DNA of 64,000 nucleotides from an uncultured Gemmataceae bacterium (GCA_963750165.1 CAVVPN010000012.1:800001-864000); one strand, 5' to 3'; positions 18,828-36,054 are shown, counted from the first letter of the stretch. Notes: generated from the sequence alone by a model not told the origin. Numbers and translations: made by a program.

Positions 18828-20282
18828 ATGCCCAGAGTGCTGCTGGTCGATGACGACCCCGACCTGATCGAGGCCCAGGTGAGTCACGCCCTGGCCCCGC
18901 TCGGTGTCGTACTGGAGGTGGCTCGCACCGGGGCGGAGGGACTGGCCCAGCTGGCGGCCCGGCCGGCGGACGTGATCCTGCTGGACGTGCGCCTGCCGGA
19001 CCTCTCAGGTCTGGAGGTCTACCAGCGCGTCCGCCAGCTCGACGCCCGCACCCCGGTCATCTTCATCACCTCCACGACCGCGGCCGAGACGGCCATTGAG
19101 GCCATGCAGCAGGGCGCCCACGACTACCTGTTCAAGCCGCTCGACCCGCAGCAACTGCGCCGTGTGGTCGAACAGGCGCTGCAGCTGGTGCGGTTGGCGC
19201 GCGAGCCGGCCGTGGTCGCCGAGGCGCTGCCGGAGGACGACCGCGGCGACGCCATCATCGGCTGCTGTCCCGCCATGCGTGAGGTCTACAAGGCCATCGG
19301 CCGCGTGGCACGGCAGAACGTCATCGTGCTGGTCACCGGCGAGAGCGGCACCGGCAAGGAGTTGGTCGCGCGGGCCATCTACCAGCACAGTGCCCGGGCG
19401 CGGGCGCCGTTCCACGCCATCAACTGCGCCGCCATCCCCGAGACGCTGCTGGAGAGCGAACTGTTCGGCCACGAACGCGGGGCGTTCACCGGCGCTGATC
19501 GCCGCCGCATCGGCAAGTTTGAGCAGTGCAACGGCGGCACGCTGTTCCTGGACGAAATCGGTGACCTGCCGCTGGGGATGCAGGGCAAACTGCTGCGGGT
19601 GCTGCAGGACCAGAAGTTCGAGCGCGTCGGCGGCAACGACACCATCCAGACGGACGTGCGGCTGATCGCGGCGACGCACCGCGACCTGAAGGCGTGGTCG
19701 GCCGAGGGCAAATTCCGGCCGGACCTGTATTACCGGCTGAGCGTCTTCACGATCGCGCTGCCGCCGCTGCGCGAACGCGGCGACGATTTGACCATGCTCA
19801 TCCAGCAATACCTGCGCCGCCTGAACCGGGAGCTGGGCCGCGAGGTGACCGAGATGGCGGTGGAAGCTCTGGGACTGCTGCGGGCCTACCCCTGGCCGGG
19901 CAACATCCGCGAACTGCAGAGCGTGCTGAAGCAGGCGTTGCTCCAGGCCACCGGTTCGGTGCTCATCCCGGCGTTCCTGCCCGAGGCGGTGACCGGGAGC
20001 GGTGGGCAATCCGTCGCGCCCACGGCGGGGACCGCGGAGGTGGGCTTTGCGTTCGAGCCGTTCATCCGGCAGCGGTTGGAGGCCGGCGGCAACAACGTCT
20101 ACGCCGAGGTCCACCGGCAACTCGACCGCATTCTGTTGCCGCTGGCGCTGGAGTTCACCGATGGCAACCAGCGCCTGGCGTCGCGCCTGCTGGGGGTCGC
20201 CCGGGGCACCTTCCGGCTGCGCCTGCAAGAAGCTGGGCTGAACCTGAAGCTAACCGTCGAGGATGGGGACGAAGCCGGGTAG
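18828..20282 (+). CDS. Sigma-54-dependent response regulator (NtrC family: REC-AAA-HTH)
   Basis: LLVDDD receiver; [39 protein letters not shown]-terminal HTH. Confidence 0.93.
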   Translation: MPRVLLVDDDPDLIEAQVSHALAPLGVVLEVARTGAEGLAQLAARPADVILLDVRLPDLSGLEVYQRVRQLDARTPVIFITSTTAAETAIEAMQQGAHDYLFKPLDPQQLRRVVEQALQLVRLAREPAVVAEALPEDDRGDAIIGCCPAMREVYKAIGRVARQNVIVLVTGESGTGKELVARAIYQHSARARAPFHAINCAAIPETLLESELFGHERGAFTGADRRRIGKFEQCNGGTLFLDEIGDLPLGMQGKLLRVLQDQKFERVGGNDTIQTDVRLIAATHRDLKAWSAEGKFRPDLYYRLSVFTIALPPLRERGDDLTMLIQQYLRRLNRELGREVTEMAVEALGLLRAYPWPGNIRELQSVLKQALLQATGSVLIPAFLPEAVTGSGGQSVAPTAGTAEVGFAFEPFIRQRLEAGGNNVYAEVHRQLDRILLPLALEFTDGNQRLASRLLGVARGTFRLRLQEAGLNLKLTVEDGDEAG

Positions 20283-20296
20283 CAATGGTTGTCGAG

Positions 20297-20434
20297 GCGT
20301 GCCACCCGTACGGAGCCAGGGCGCCGATTCTCGACGTGTGAAAAAGTTGGCCCCCTTGGCCCCCTTGGCTCCCTTGCTGTGGCAATGCAGGCCGCTGGTG
20401 GTCAAGCCGTGGCCGCCGCCCCACCCCATGCGCG
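20297..20434. repeat. Dispersed intergenic element, copy B
   Basis: AGGGCGCCGATTCTCGACGTGTGAAAAAG, three TTGGCYCCC units, then TTGCTGTGGCAA…GCCGCTGGTGGTCAAGCCGTG; closely matches copy D. Confidence 0.85.
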
Positions 20435-20452
20435 AACCGCGCGAGAACCGCT

Positions 20453-22324
20453 CTAGCGGAGCCCGGCCAGCCGACCCAGTTTTCGCAGCGCCCCCAGAAG
20501 CAGGTTGGCGGGCGGCGCTGGCTCGGCCACGATGACCGTCCGGTTCAGATCCTTGGCCGGGTCGCGCACGATCAACGGTGGAGTGCTGGGCTTCTTGGCC
20601 AGGACGATGTTCCGAACCTTCTGCCGTTTCTCATACGGAGGCAGCACGATCCGCAGCGGCGCCGGCGGATCTTCGGTGCTCGCCTGCTCGAAATCCCTGC
20701 CCACCAGGATCTCGACTTCGTCATGGACATCCGGCAACACCCAGTAGCACCACCTTCCCAGGGTGAAAAATTCCTGCGCCGGCAGCCGCACCGTGAACGT
20801 CCCTGGCCGCGTGAGCGGCAAATAGGTCATCGGCCGATCCGCCCTGGTGAAGTGGAGAAAAGTGATGACCGGCTGGCGCATTGCCGGCAGGGCGTGATGC
20901 GGATCCTCGACGCGGACTTGCAACTCGACCGTCTCGCGGTAGCGGTCGCGGGCCCGCCGAAGGATGTCCTCCAGGGCGTCTATCATGCCCAGGGGGTTGA
21001 CGCGCTGGACGGCACGCTTCCGCCGGGACACCGCCTCGCGCACCACCTCCCGCGCCTCCGCCAGCACCTGGTCCCAGCCGGCCGTTTCCGCCTGCACGTC
21101 ATGGAAAACGTCCAGCCGTTCGTGGACCGGGTAGATGACCAGGGGGCCGAAGTTGACGCCGATGTCGTGCGCGCTGGCGAAGCGCAGGTTGTCGGCCAGT
21201 TCGCGGATGTTGGACTTCATCACCACCGAGCCGACCGAAAAGACGCGCCGCGGCGCGTCATGGGCCGCCAGCAAGCGGAACACGTTTTTCAATACCGTGT
21301 CGTAGTTCGCCCCGGCGCAGATGCGCTCGAAGGTCGTCCGCTGGAAACTGTCCATCGACACGCTGGCGTTCAGCCGCGGGAACTTCTTGAGTTGCTCCAG
21401 CACTGTCTCGGTAATCATGACGCCGTTGGAAGTGAAGCCGAAGGTCAGGTTCGGGTTGTCCGACACCTGGAACTGCTCGTAAAAATCGCGAAAGTCCTTG
21501 ATGAGGAACGGCTCGCCACCGTGCCAGACGAACTGGCCCAGGTACGGGACATGAGCCAGCACGTCGCGCCCCGTCTCCGGGCGATGGCGAACGTTCAACT
21601 TGCGCACCTTGTTCTGGCTGCAGAAGCCGCAGTCGATGTTGCAGTCGGCGGTGCTGATGAACGAGATCATGCTCGGCCGGGCCGACAGTTCCACCTTCCG
21701 CTCCAGATACTCCTGGTAAGCGCGCTGAAGGTTGCGGCCCGACTCCGAGTCCCGAACCGTGGAGCGCAACTCACAGCTGGCCTGGCCGCGGCGGAGCACG
21801 TAGACCCGGCCGTTGCACCGTGGGTCGGAGTTATCGGAGGCGGACAGATACAGCAATTCGCCCCAGACACTGAAACGACCGCAGCCGTGCTGGCGGATGT
21901 CGGCGTGCAAACAGTTTCCTGGACCGAGGGGTTGGCCATCCTCCAGCAACTCGAAGTCCGCCGGCGCCTCGCCCTCCGCAAGCTTGAGGAACGACTCCGA
22001 GACATGGGCGACGTAGCAGTGACCGGTCTCCGGCTCGAAGTCAGCCGGCCAAACAAAGGGGGGGTATCGGCCCTGAGACCACTTGTAGGCGAGGCACTCA
22101 TGGCAGGGAAAGCCCTTGGTGTTGTCGTTAACGATCTGTAACCGCAGGCGGCGGTACTCGGGCCCGTTCCAGATTTCATCCAGGGTGTTGACATTGGTGT
22201 TGCCGAGCGGCTTGCCGGTATTGTCGTAGCCGCTCCAGAAGCAGCAGGGGACGACCTCGCCGGTCAGATCGATAATCATCTGCTGCCAGGGGTAGGCGCA
22301 GAGGTTACTTTGCTTGGTCCCCAT
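20453..22324 (-). CDS. Radical SAM enzyme with N-terminal SPASM/twitch-like domain
   Basis: CAYPWQ…GEVVPCC…EIWNG…PCHEC; CNIDCGFC (CxxxCxxC); GGEPF; FTSNG; GGAGGA upstream of 22324. Confidence 0.85.
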   Translation of the reverse strand: MGTKQSNLCAYPWQQMIIDLTGEVVPCCFWSGYDNTGKPLGNTNVNTLDEIWNGPEYRRLRLQIVNDNTKGFPCHECLAYKWSQGRYPPFVWPADFEPETGHCYVAHVSESFLKLAEGEAPADFELLEDGQPLGPGNCLHADIRQHGCGRFSVWGELLYLSASDNSDPRCNGRVYVLRRGQASCELRSTVRDSESGRNLQRAYQEYLERKVELSARPSMISFISTADCNIDCGFCSQNKVRKLNVRHRPETGRDVLAHVPYLGQFVWHGGEPFLIKDFRDFYEQFQVSDNPNLTFGFTSNGVMITETVLEQLKKFPRLNASVSMDSFQRTTFERICAGANYDTVLKNVFRLLAAHDAPRRVFSVGSVVMKSNIRELADNLRFASAHDIGVNFGPLVIYPVHERLDVFHDVQAETAGWDQVLAEAREVVREAVSRRKRAVQRVNPLGMIDALEDILRRARDRYRETVELQVRVEDPHHALPAMRQPVITFLHFTRADRPMTYLPLTRPGTFTVRLPAQEFFTLGRWCYWVLPDVHDEVEILVGRDFEQASTEDPPAPLRIVLPPYEKRQKVRNIVLAKKPSTPPLIVRDPAKDLNRTVIVAEPAPPANLLLGALRKLGRLAGLR

Positions 22325-22347
22325 GCCCGTCCTCCGCGGAAAAAGAC

Positions 22348-23532
22348 TCAATCGATCCGATACTGTTGCAGGGCCGGCGTCTTCTCGATGTGCGGTAGCA
22401 ACTCCCGGGCGAATATTCGGTGGGCTGTCTCGTTGGGGTGTCCCTCCCACCAACTGACCCGCCACTGCTGCTTGCCCTTCTCCCGTCGGTACGTGGCGGG
22501 GACGACCTCCATGCCGGCTTCCTTCAGATACTTCTCAGCGATGGCAGTGATCTCGTCCCCGCCCGGTATCTCGGGGAATTGATCCAGGACCATGGTCACC
22601 AGGGGGGGCAAGCCGTTGGCCACAACGTACTCGTTCATCTCCTTGACATCTCTGGCAAAGCGCGTTCGGTAGCCCTTGAAGTCGCGCAAAATGTCCTGGT
22701 AGAAGTCATACCGAACGCCATAGTGTACCAGCAGGTCGTCGTACTTCTTGGCCAGGAACGGCCCGATCCTGGTCTTGCAGAGCAGGTGCTGCTGACCGGG
22801 GAACGTGATCTCCCAGGCCATGTGTTGATACTGGCCCATGCCGGAGGGCAGAAAGTCGTTCAGACAGACGCCGTAAACCACCAGATCCGGGCGCAGCACC
22901 GGGAGCTTGGCCTTAAGGGTCTTGAGGATGTCTTCACTCTGGTCGCCACAGCGGCCCAGGTTAAGGCATTCGATCCGATAGTTTTTTCCCAACTCCCGAT
23001 CCAGGACGCGGCAGTAAGTATCTTCCTGATCGACCCCATGACCGTAGGTCAGGGAGTCTCCCAGCACCATGACGCGGAAGGTGTCATCTTTCCTGGGAGG
23101 GAACTGGCCGGCGAGGCGCATGAGGTCGGCGTTGTAGACGTGCAGCTTGCCGTGCCAGTAGTAAGCGTCAAGCGTCCCGGCAACCTGCACCGGCCGCTGC
23201 TGCCACTCCTGGGGCATGGTGAGCCCGTTGGCGCCCGCCTCCGCGTCCACCTTCTGCTTCGCCAGGTGATCGAGATAGGTCTCGAACGCGAAGATCGGCA
23301 ACAGCGTTGACCCCGAAAACAGGGCACAGACACTCAGGGAGCGGAGAGCAAGCTCCTTCTTGAAGAGACAGGCAACCAGTTCGACAAGGTACTTGAGAGC
23401 CAGTAGTCCCGCAACCCACAGAACGCCGAGACTCGCCAGCGTCGCGACGCCGCGAGATCTGGGGAAGCAGAACGCCCCGACACCGGCCAGCCCGGCGCAA
23501 ACAGCAAAGCGAATGGCTTTGGCTTTCCACAT
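22348..23532 (-). CDS. Membrane-anchored SGNH/GDSL hydrolase or acyltransferase
   Basis: N-terminal TM helices; [26 protein letters not shown]. Confidence 0.85.
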   Translation of the reverse strand: MWKAKAIRFAVCAGLAGVGAFCFPRSRGVATLASLGVLWVAGLLALKYLVELVACLFKKELALRSLSVCALFSGSTLLPIFAFETYLDHLAKQKVDAEAGANGLTMPQEWQQRPVQVAGTLDAYYWHGKLHVYNADLMRLAGQFPPRKDDTFRVMVLGDSLTYGHGVDQEDTYCRVLDRELGKNYRIECLNLGRCGDQSEDILKTLKAKLPVLRPDLVVYGVCLNDFLPSGMGQYQHMAWEITFPGQQHLLCKTRIGPFLAKKYDDLLVHYGVRYDFYQDILRDFKGYRTRFARDVKEMNEYVVANGLPPLVTMVLDQFPEIPGGDEITAIAEKYLKEAGMEVVPATYRREKGKQQWRVSWWEGHPNETAHRIFARELLPHIEKTPALQQYRID

Positions 23533-23709
23533 GGTTGACCCATTCCCTCCTTTTCCGGGACGAAACCAGGGGACGACTCAGGCTGCATCAGGAGACGCAC
23601 TGACCTGTGGGGAACCCGGATCGGCCCTGGCCGACGACGGGTAGGCTGCCAGGCTCTGGGGCCGGCTCCGATACTCGGCCCAGCTCTTGATCGCCAGGTC
23701 TCCCACCAG

Positions 23710-24240
23710 CGTGTCGCCAGATCGATGAAGTTGGCCCCATACACCTTGGAGACAAAGGGGAAAGTGCGCGAGGCCCGCAGGTTGCACTCGATCACCTTGA
23801 CGAAGTTGTCCCGGGCGATGAACTGAATGTTGAATGGCCCGGTGCTCTGCAGGGCGGCCGACACCTTGCGGGCGATGAGGTGAACTTGCCGTAGGGTCTC
23901 CAGGTAGGTGCGCTGCGGCGGCAGCACCAGGGTGGCGTCGCCGGAGTGGACGCCCGCGTTCTCCACGTGCTCGGAAATGGCACTGGCGACCAACTCTCCA
24001 TCCTGGGCCACGCCGTCGAACTCGATCTCCTTGGCGTTTTCGATGAACTGGGTGATGACGACCGGGTGCTTGCGCGACACCGCGGCCGCCTTGAGCAGAA
24101 ACCGCTTCAGTTCGTGGTCGGTGGCGGCCGTACCAGCACCGGGTAGCCGACTCGAATTCCACCGAACTGCCGATGCGGTAGGCCCCCGAACCGAGAACGA
24201 GGACCGCCCGGTCGCCACGAGGCCCCACATCGTCACCACT
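23710..24240 (-). pseudogene. carB: Collapsed fragment of carbamoyl-phosphate synthase large subunit
   Basis: [17 protein letters not shown], then VGYPVLVRP, then [21 protein letters not shown]…[15 protein letters not shown]…GPFNIQF…IECNLRASR, in shifting frames with intervening sequence missing. Confidence 0.85.
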
Positions 24241-24265
24241 TCTCCCAGGGGAAGAGACTCGGATC

Positions 24266-24460
24266 CTAGAACATGGTGTAGATGAAGGGGGCCGCGCCGG
24301 TGCCGGCGAAGAAGCACAGCGCCGCCAGGAGCGCGATCGTCAACAGGATCGGGAGCAGCCACCATTTCTTGTTCTGCCGGAGGAAGTAGACGAACTCCCC
24401 CACCACTCCCAGGCGCCGCGGCGGCGTCGCCATCTCGAAAGCCGTCTTCTCCGGTTTCAT
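24266..24460 (-). CDS. DUF5989 family (SxtK-like) small membrane protein
   Basis: [17 protein letters not shown]…[20 protein letters not shown]. Confidence 0.88.
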   Translation of the reverse strand: MKPEKTAFEMATPPRRLGVVGEFVYFLRQNKKWWLLPILLTIALLAALCFFAGTGAAPFIYTMF

Positions 24461-24487
24461 GGGTTCCTCCTTCGTGGCATGGATCAA

Positions 24488-24925
24488 TCAAGATTGCCGG
24501 AAATACTGCTCCGGCCCGGACGGTTGGTTGCGCGGCACCCAGTAGCTGGTGGCAGCGGGCTCGAAGCGGCGCTGCAGTGCGTCACGGCCCAGCAGGCGGA
24601 ACAGAATCGCCATCGGCGTGAACACCGCGAAATAGATGAGCAGCATTGCCAACTCGCTCACGACCATGCCGATCGGGAGCGTGACCAGAGTGGCGGCCAG
24701 GAACACTGGCTTGAGGGCGCGCGGCCACGCCAGGGCCAGTCCTCCCAGGACCGCGCCGGCGGCGAGGAAACAACCGAAAAACAGCCGTTCGCTGTCGGTC
24801 CAGTCGAGCGGCCCTGTCCGTTCCAGGACGAACCAGCCGAGCAGCGGCAGTACGACCAGGCCACACAATCCGAACTGTCGGAGCTGGCGGCGGTCGGGGT
24901 TCCAGGAGATTTCGATCAGTGCCAT
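24488..24925 (-). CDS. SxtJ-family membrane protein
   Basis: LRQFG, three TM segments, YFAVFTP…LGRDAL…SYW…QYFRQS; typical position after a carbamoyltransferase. Confidence 0.82.
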   Translation of the reverse strand: MALIEISWNPDRRQLRQFGLCGLVVLPLLGWFVLERTGPLDWTDSERLFFGCFLAAGAVLGGLALAWPRALKPVFLAATLVTLPIGMVVSELAMLLIYFAVFTPMAILFRLLGRDALQRRFEPAATSYWVPRNQPSGPEQYFRQS

Positions 24926-24967
24926 GAGCAGCGTCCTCGCCTACGGGATGAACGGCCCTGGAGGTAA

Positions 24968-26806
24968 TCAGTCCAACTGGAACTGTCCCAGGTGTTGCCG
25001 CCGGGCGTTTTCGCTGAGCTTCTGCTGCTCCTCTCGATGAAGGATCTGGTTGCCCAGGACCAACACATCCATGTTGGTGACCAGAAAGCAACGGTAAGCG
25101 TCCTCGGGAGTGCAGACGATCGGTTCGCCGCGCACATTGAAGCTGGTGTTGATGAGCACCGGACAGCCGGTCTTTTCCTGGAACTTCTTCATGAGCTTGC
25201 ACAGCAAGGGGTGCCGTTCCCGGTCCACCGTCTGCACCCGGGCCGAGTAGTCGATGTGGGTGACGGCCGGGAGCGTTGAACGCTTGTAGTTCAGCTTCTC
25301 GATGCCGAACGCCTCATCGTAACCCGCGCCGGTCGGCGTTCGGAACTGCTCCCGTACCGGGGCGACCAGCAGCATGTAGGGGCTGTCCTCTCCCGGCCGC
25401 ATCTCGAAATACTCATCGACATGCTCGCGGAGGACAATTGGGGCGAAGGGCCGGAAGGACTCACGAAACTTGATTTTCAGGTTCATCACCGACTGCATCG
25501 TCTCACTGCGGGCGTCGCCGAGGATGCTGCGGGCACCCAGGGCACGCGGGCCGAACTCCATCCGGCCTTGCACCCAACCGACCACTTTTTCCTGGGCAAG
25601 CAGCCCGGCCACCTCCTCGCACAGGTGATCCTCGTTGACGCAACTGGTATAGATGGCCCCGAGCCGATCCAGCGTCTCGACGATCTCCTCGTCGGTGAAG
25701 GCTGGTCCCAGGAAGGAGCCCTGCTGAGTGTCCTTGCGGTTGGGCCGCCGTGGGTTTTCGAGGAGCTGATACCAGGTGAACAGGGCCACGCCCAGTGCCC
25801 CGCCGGCGTCGCCCGCGGCCGGTTGAATCCAGAGATTCTCGAAGGGGCACTCCCGCAAAATCCTGCCGTTGGCGACACAGTTGAGGGCCACACCGCCAGC
25901 CAGGACCAGGTTCTTCAGCCCCGTCCGTTTCTGCAGGTCGCGGGCCATGCGCAGCATCACCTCTTCCGTCACCGCCTGGACCGAGGCGGCCAGGTCCATG
26001 TCGCGTTGGGTGAGCAGACTCTCGGGCATCCGCGGCGAACCGCCGAATAGTCGGTGGAACTTCGCCGAGGTCATCGTCAGACCCTGGCAATAGTTGAAGT
26101 AGCTCATGTCCAACCGGAACGAGCCGTCCGGCTTGAGGTCCAGAAGGTGTCGCAGGATCAGGTCGCGGTAGACCGGCCGGCCGTAAGGGGCCAGGCCCAT
26201 GACCTTGTATTCGCCGCTGTTGACCTTGAAGCCGGTGTAGTAGGTGAACGCGGAGTAGAGCAACCCCAGCGAGTGGGGAAAGCGAATCTCATGGGTCAGT
26301 TCGATCCGGTTGCCTCGGCCGACCCCCTGACAGGACGTCGCCCATTCGCCGACACCGTCCAGTGTCAGGATGGCGGCCTCGTCGAAGGGGGAGGGGAAAA
26401 AGGCACTGGCCGCGTGGGACTCGTGATGGTCGGTGTACACGAAGCGGCCCCGGTAGCGACCCTGCAACCCTCGGTCCATCTCCCGGGTCAGGTGGAGCTT
26501 TTCCTTGATCCACACCGGCAGCGCCTGGCGGAACGACCGATACCCGGCCGGGGCGTAGGACAGGTAGGTTTCCAGGAGCCGTTCAAACTTGAGGAGCGGC
26601 TTGTCGTAGAAGCCCACGTAGTCGAGATCCTCCGGCCGAAGCCCGGCTTCCCGGAGACAATACTCGATCGCCTGGGCGGGAAGGCCGGAGTCATGCTTGA
26701 CGCGGCTGAAGCGCTCTTCCTGAGCGGCGGCGATGATCTCCCCGTCCACGACCAGGGCGGCGGCAGAGTCGTGGTAAAATGCGGACAGGCCGAGGACCGC
26801 AGTCAT
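24968..26806 (-). CDS. O-carbamoyltransferase (CmcH/NodU/TobZ family)
   Basis: YHDSAAAL, EERFSRVKH, HHESHAASAF, DGVGEW, SGEYKVMGLAPYG, GRMEFGPRALG, RESFRPFAP, NTSFNVRGEPIV. Confidence 0.95.
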   Translation of the reverse strand: MTAVLGLSAFYHDSAAALVVDGEIIAAAQEERFSRVKHDSGLPAQAIEYCLREAGLRPEDLDYVGFYDKPLLKFERLLETYLSYAPAGYRSFRQALPVWIKEKLHLTREMDRGLQGRYRGRFVYTDHHESHAASAFFPSPFDEAAILTLDGVGEWATSCQGVGRGNRIELTHEIRFPHSLGLLYSAFTYYTGFKVNSGEYKVMGLAPYGRPVYRDLILRHLLDLKPDGSFRLDMSYFNYCQGLTMTSAKFHRLFGGSPRMPESLLTQRDMDLAASVQAVTEEVMLRMARDLQKRTGLKNLVLAGGVALNCVANGRILRECPFENLWIQPAAGDAGGALGVALFTWYQLLENPRRPNRKDTQQGSFLGPAFTDEEIVETLDRLGAIYTSCVNEDHLCEEVAGLLAQEKVVGWVQGRMEFGPRALGARSILGDARSETMQSVMNLKIKFRESFRPFAPIVLREHVDEYFEMRPGEDSPYMLLVAPVREQFRTPTGAGYDEAFGIEKLNYKRSTLPAVTHIDYSARVQTVDRERHPLLCKLMKKFQEKTGCPVLINTSFNVRGEPIVCTPEDAYRCFLVTNMDVLVLGNQILHREEQQKLSENARRQHLGQFQLD

Positions 26807-27006
26807 GCGGTGAACTCCTTCCGGAGACTCTGAGTTTGTGGCGGGCCTGGGCGTGCGACGGGTTGCAGGCTCATCGGCTCAGTCAGGGTGGGAAACCTAA
26901 CAGATGGGGGGATCGGATTCAAGCCCACCCAGGGCCGTTTGCTTCTTCCTCCCAACCCTCCGGCGGGGAGGCATCCCGAACGGCCCTGGCCGTGGGCGCA
27001 AGGCCG

Positions 27007-27035
27007 TTCCCCGGAAGCGGGTTGGGCGGTATAAT
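27007..27035 (+). promoter_or_regulatory. Possible sigma-70 promoter for the WD40 gene
   Basis: TTCCCC-N17-TATAAT; perfect -10 in GC-rich DNA, weak -35. Confidence 0.35.
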
Positions 27036-27273
27036 GTACATAGTGCCAGGGAGGGCTTGCGTTTCATTTCATTTCACAGACCCCCTGACTGCCCCAGGGG
27101 TCGCGCCCACTCTCCACCCGCAACCTCGCACCCCGGGCAACTCCCAGCCGGGGCGGAGCCAGCAGCGAACGGCCCTGGCGTTTCCCCGATCTTCCGTGGC
27201 GGCTGCCGGGGCCATCGGCTATTGTGGATGGGGTATTCGTGACCACCCTCCCGGCCCTTCCCGGAGACCTCTG

Positions 27274-29897
27274 ATGGCACTGCGTCCTTGCCGCTGTCTG
27301 CTGGTGCTCTGCTGCTTGCTGGCGCTGCCGCTGTTCGCCCCCGCTCAGCCGCCGCAGGCGAAAGCCAAAACGGGCCGCCTCGACCGCCACGGCGTCCCGC
27401 TCCCCGAAGGGGCGGTCGCGCGCCTGGGCCACCGCCGCTTCTACAACTCGGCCGGCGTGTACGCCACCACCTTTTCGCCGGACGGCAAGATCGTCCTGGC
27501 GGTCGGGCCTGGGCAAACCAGTGGCGTGTCCCTGATCTTCTGGGAAACGGCCACCGGACGCGAAGTGCAGCGTTTCAGCACCACCGGATACAACCATGTG
27601 CGCAAGGCGGTGTTCTCCCCCGACGGCAAGACCGTGGCGCTCAACCAGGAGTCCGCCCTCGCCATGTACGACTGGCGCACCGGCAAGCTGCTGCGCACCT
27701 ACGGCAAGGACCACGACATCTACTCGTTCGCCTTCTCGCCGGACGGCACGCTGCTGGCCGCTGGCTGCCTGGGGCTGAGGGACGATTACCGTATCCGCGT
27801 GTGGGAAGTCGCCACGGGCCGCGAGCTGCCGCCGTTCGCGGGCTGCGGCGAGAGTTTCCGTCCCATCCAGTTTAGCGCGGACGGCAAGCACTTGCTGACC
27901 GGGGATGAGGCCCCAGCGAAGATGCGGCCACTTGAGAAGGGGTTCCCCGGCGGCGTCTGCGTCTGGGACGTGGCCACGCGCAAGAAACTGCACGACCTCC
28001 CCGACGCCCGCGGCCCGGTCGCCTTCGCGCCGGACGGGCAGACCATCGCCCAGGGGTGGAAGGACGGCCAGGTTCAGGTACGCACCGTCGCCACCAACCA
28101 GGAGGTTTGTCGGGTGCCGTCCCGGGCGGCGTCCTTCGGCTTCACCCCCGACGGCAAGGCGCTGGTAACGTGGGACGCGAACGATGGAGCGCGGCTGTGG
28201 GACGCAGCCACCGGCAAGGAACTCCGTCGCTTTCAGGGCTATTTCGCAAAAGAGATGCGCTGGGAGGCGTTTCCTCGGACGGCAAGTTGCTGGCACTGCT
28301 GGACGGCGACAACTGGCAGGGGGGGTATGAGGTGCGCTTCTGGGACATCGCCACGGGCCAGGAAGTCCGCCACGGCAGCGGCCACCAGGACGAGGTGAAG
28401 TGTGTCGCGTTCGCCCCGGGCGGCAAGCTCCTGGCCTCGGGCGGCCTGGACCGCACGGTGCGACTGTGGGACGCGACCACGGGCAAGGAACTGCGGACCC
28501 TGGCAGGGCACACAGCCGGAGTCACCGCCCTGGCGTTCGCCCCGGACGGCCAACGGCTGGCGTCCTCCAGTGAGGACGGCAAGGTCCGGCTTTGGGACGT
28601 TGACAATGGCAAGGAGCTGCTCCGGCTGGACGGGCCGGCGTCCAATGGCGCCACTCTGGCCTTCTCCTCGAACGGGAAACGGTTGATCGCTGGATCCAGA
28701 CCCTACCGTCCCATGATCGAGAACAGGGGGGTGCGGGGGGGCCGGGTCTGTGTCTGGGAGTTGTCGGGCGGCAAGCGGCTCCGGCAGTTCGAGACTGACC
28801 AGTACGCTACCATTTCCGCGCTCAGCCCGGACGGCGCCGTGGCCCTGGCCGCCGACGGCGTACCCGAGTTGCCGGAAGCTGCCGAGCGGGTGCGCCTGTG
28901 GGACACGGTCAGCGGCAAACGGCTTTGCGACCTCCCGCTGCGCCTGGTCCGGGACGACCGGACTTCGCTTCGCTGCCTTGGGGCCACCTTTTCCAGCGGC
29001 GGCAGGCTGATCGCCACCAGTCAAGTGGTTCAGTGGCAGGGCGGATACGACAGCTCCGCACTCCGGCTCTGGGAACGGGCGACGGGCCAGGAAATCCTGA
29101 AGATCGAGAACACGCTACCGCACTCCCTGGCCTTCTCCCCCAATGGCCGGTTGCTCGCCGCAGACAACGGTAACGTGTTCAATGCGCTTCGCCGCGTATG
29201 GGGTTGCGGCATCAACTTGTGGGATGTGCGAACGGGCGAAAAGGTTGGCCAACTTGGGGAGCACTGGTCCCGGGTCTACTGCCTGACGTTCTCTCCGGAC
29301 GGCGCACACCTGGCATCGGGCAGCGCCGACCACACCATCCTCCTCTGGGAGGTTCCGCGGCCCGCTCGGAAACCCACGCCCGCCGCGACCGCGAATCAAC
29401 TGCAAGCCTGGTGGTCCGAACTGGGTGGCGACGCCGCCGCCGCGCACAAGGCGTCCGCGCAGCTGGCCGCCCGGCCGGCGCAGGCGGTGCCGCTGTTCGT
29501 CAAGCACCTCAAGCCGGCCCCGGCGGTGGACGGTAAGCAGATTGCCGCGCTCCTCCGGGAACTCGACGACAAGCGCTTTGCGGTGCGGGACAGGGCCAGC
29601 ACCGCGCTGGAGCAGTGGGGCGAGTTGGCCGAGCCCACCCTGCGGCAGGCGCTGGCCAAACCAGCTTCCCTGGAGTATCGGCGGCGTCTGGAGCAACTAC
29701 TCGGCAAGCAGGACGGAGTGCCCGCGGCCGCCCAGCTGCGCCGGCTGCGAGCGCTTGCCGTGCTGGAGTATGACGGCGGCGCCGAGGCACGGCGGCTGCT
29801 GACGGCGCTGGCCGCGGGAGCGCCCGAGGCCCGGGTCACGCAGGAAGCGCGGGCGGCGCTGCGGCGGCTCGACGCCTGGGCCGCCCTGGGAAAATAG
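27274..29897 (+). CDS. Exported WD40-repeat protein with C-terminal HEAT-like helical domain; frameshift near 28265
   Basis: Signal peptide; DRHGVPLPEGAVARLG; repeated FSPDGK…W[DE] blades across ORFs 26779..28398 and 28056..29897. Confidence 0.85.
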
Positions 29898-29920
29898 CTC
29901 CTGGGCCAGCTCAACGCGCT

Positions 29921-34270
<4,350 letters not shown>

Positions 34271-34389
34271 GCCAACCTCGCAGTCCGGGGTCGTCTCGTG
34301 CCGTGCTCCCCCGGCTGGACAGGCCGAGCCATCGCCCCGACAATGATCTTGCCTTTCCTTCCCCTGGCGTACCGAGGCGGAGCCGAACC

Positions 34390-35842
<1,453 letters not shown>

Positions 35843-36037
35843 GACCGCTCGGCCAGCGCGGTCACCGCCGCGGTAGTAAATGTTCCACGCCGTCTGGTAA
35901 GTCGGCTACCATTTCACTGCCTGTGCCGCAGCCAGGGAGTCACCGAACCTCCAGGTTCAGGTTTGGATTTATTGGTTCGCGTGGAAGTGGGCCGCGCGAA
36001 CCGATAAATCGGGAAGGGGTTTTCGGTGCCTGCCCCC

Positions 36038-36054
36038 TTGGCATACGGGTTGCC
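36038..36054 (+). promoter_or_regulatory. Sigma-54 (-24/-12) promoter for the ACP-efflux operon
   Basis: TTGGCATACGGGTTGCC, near-consensus TGGCA-N6-TTGC, ~75 bp before the ACP start. Confidence 0.75.

Noticed and set aside
23334..24491. 385-aa ORF as a functional CarB-like protein
   Set aside because: Chimeric read-through: only the middle matches CarB, and the rest overlaps the DUF5989 and SGNH genes out of frame.
24266..26806. Saxitoxin biosynthesis cluster
   Set aside because: Only sxtI/J/K-like genes are present; no sxtA, amidinotransferase or other core genes.
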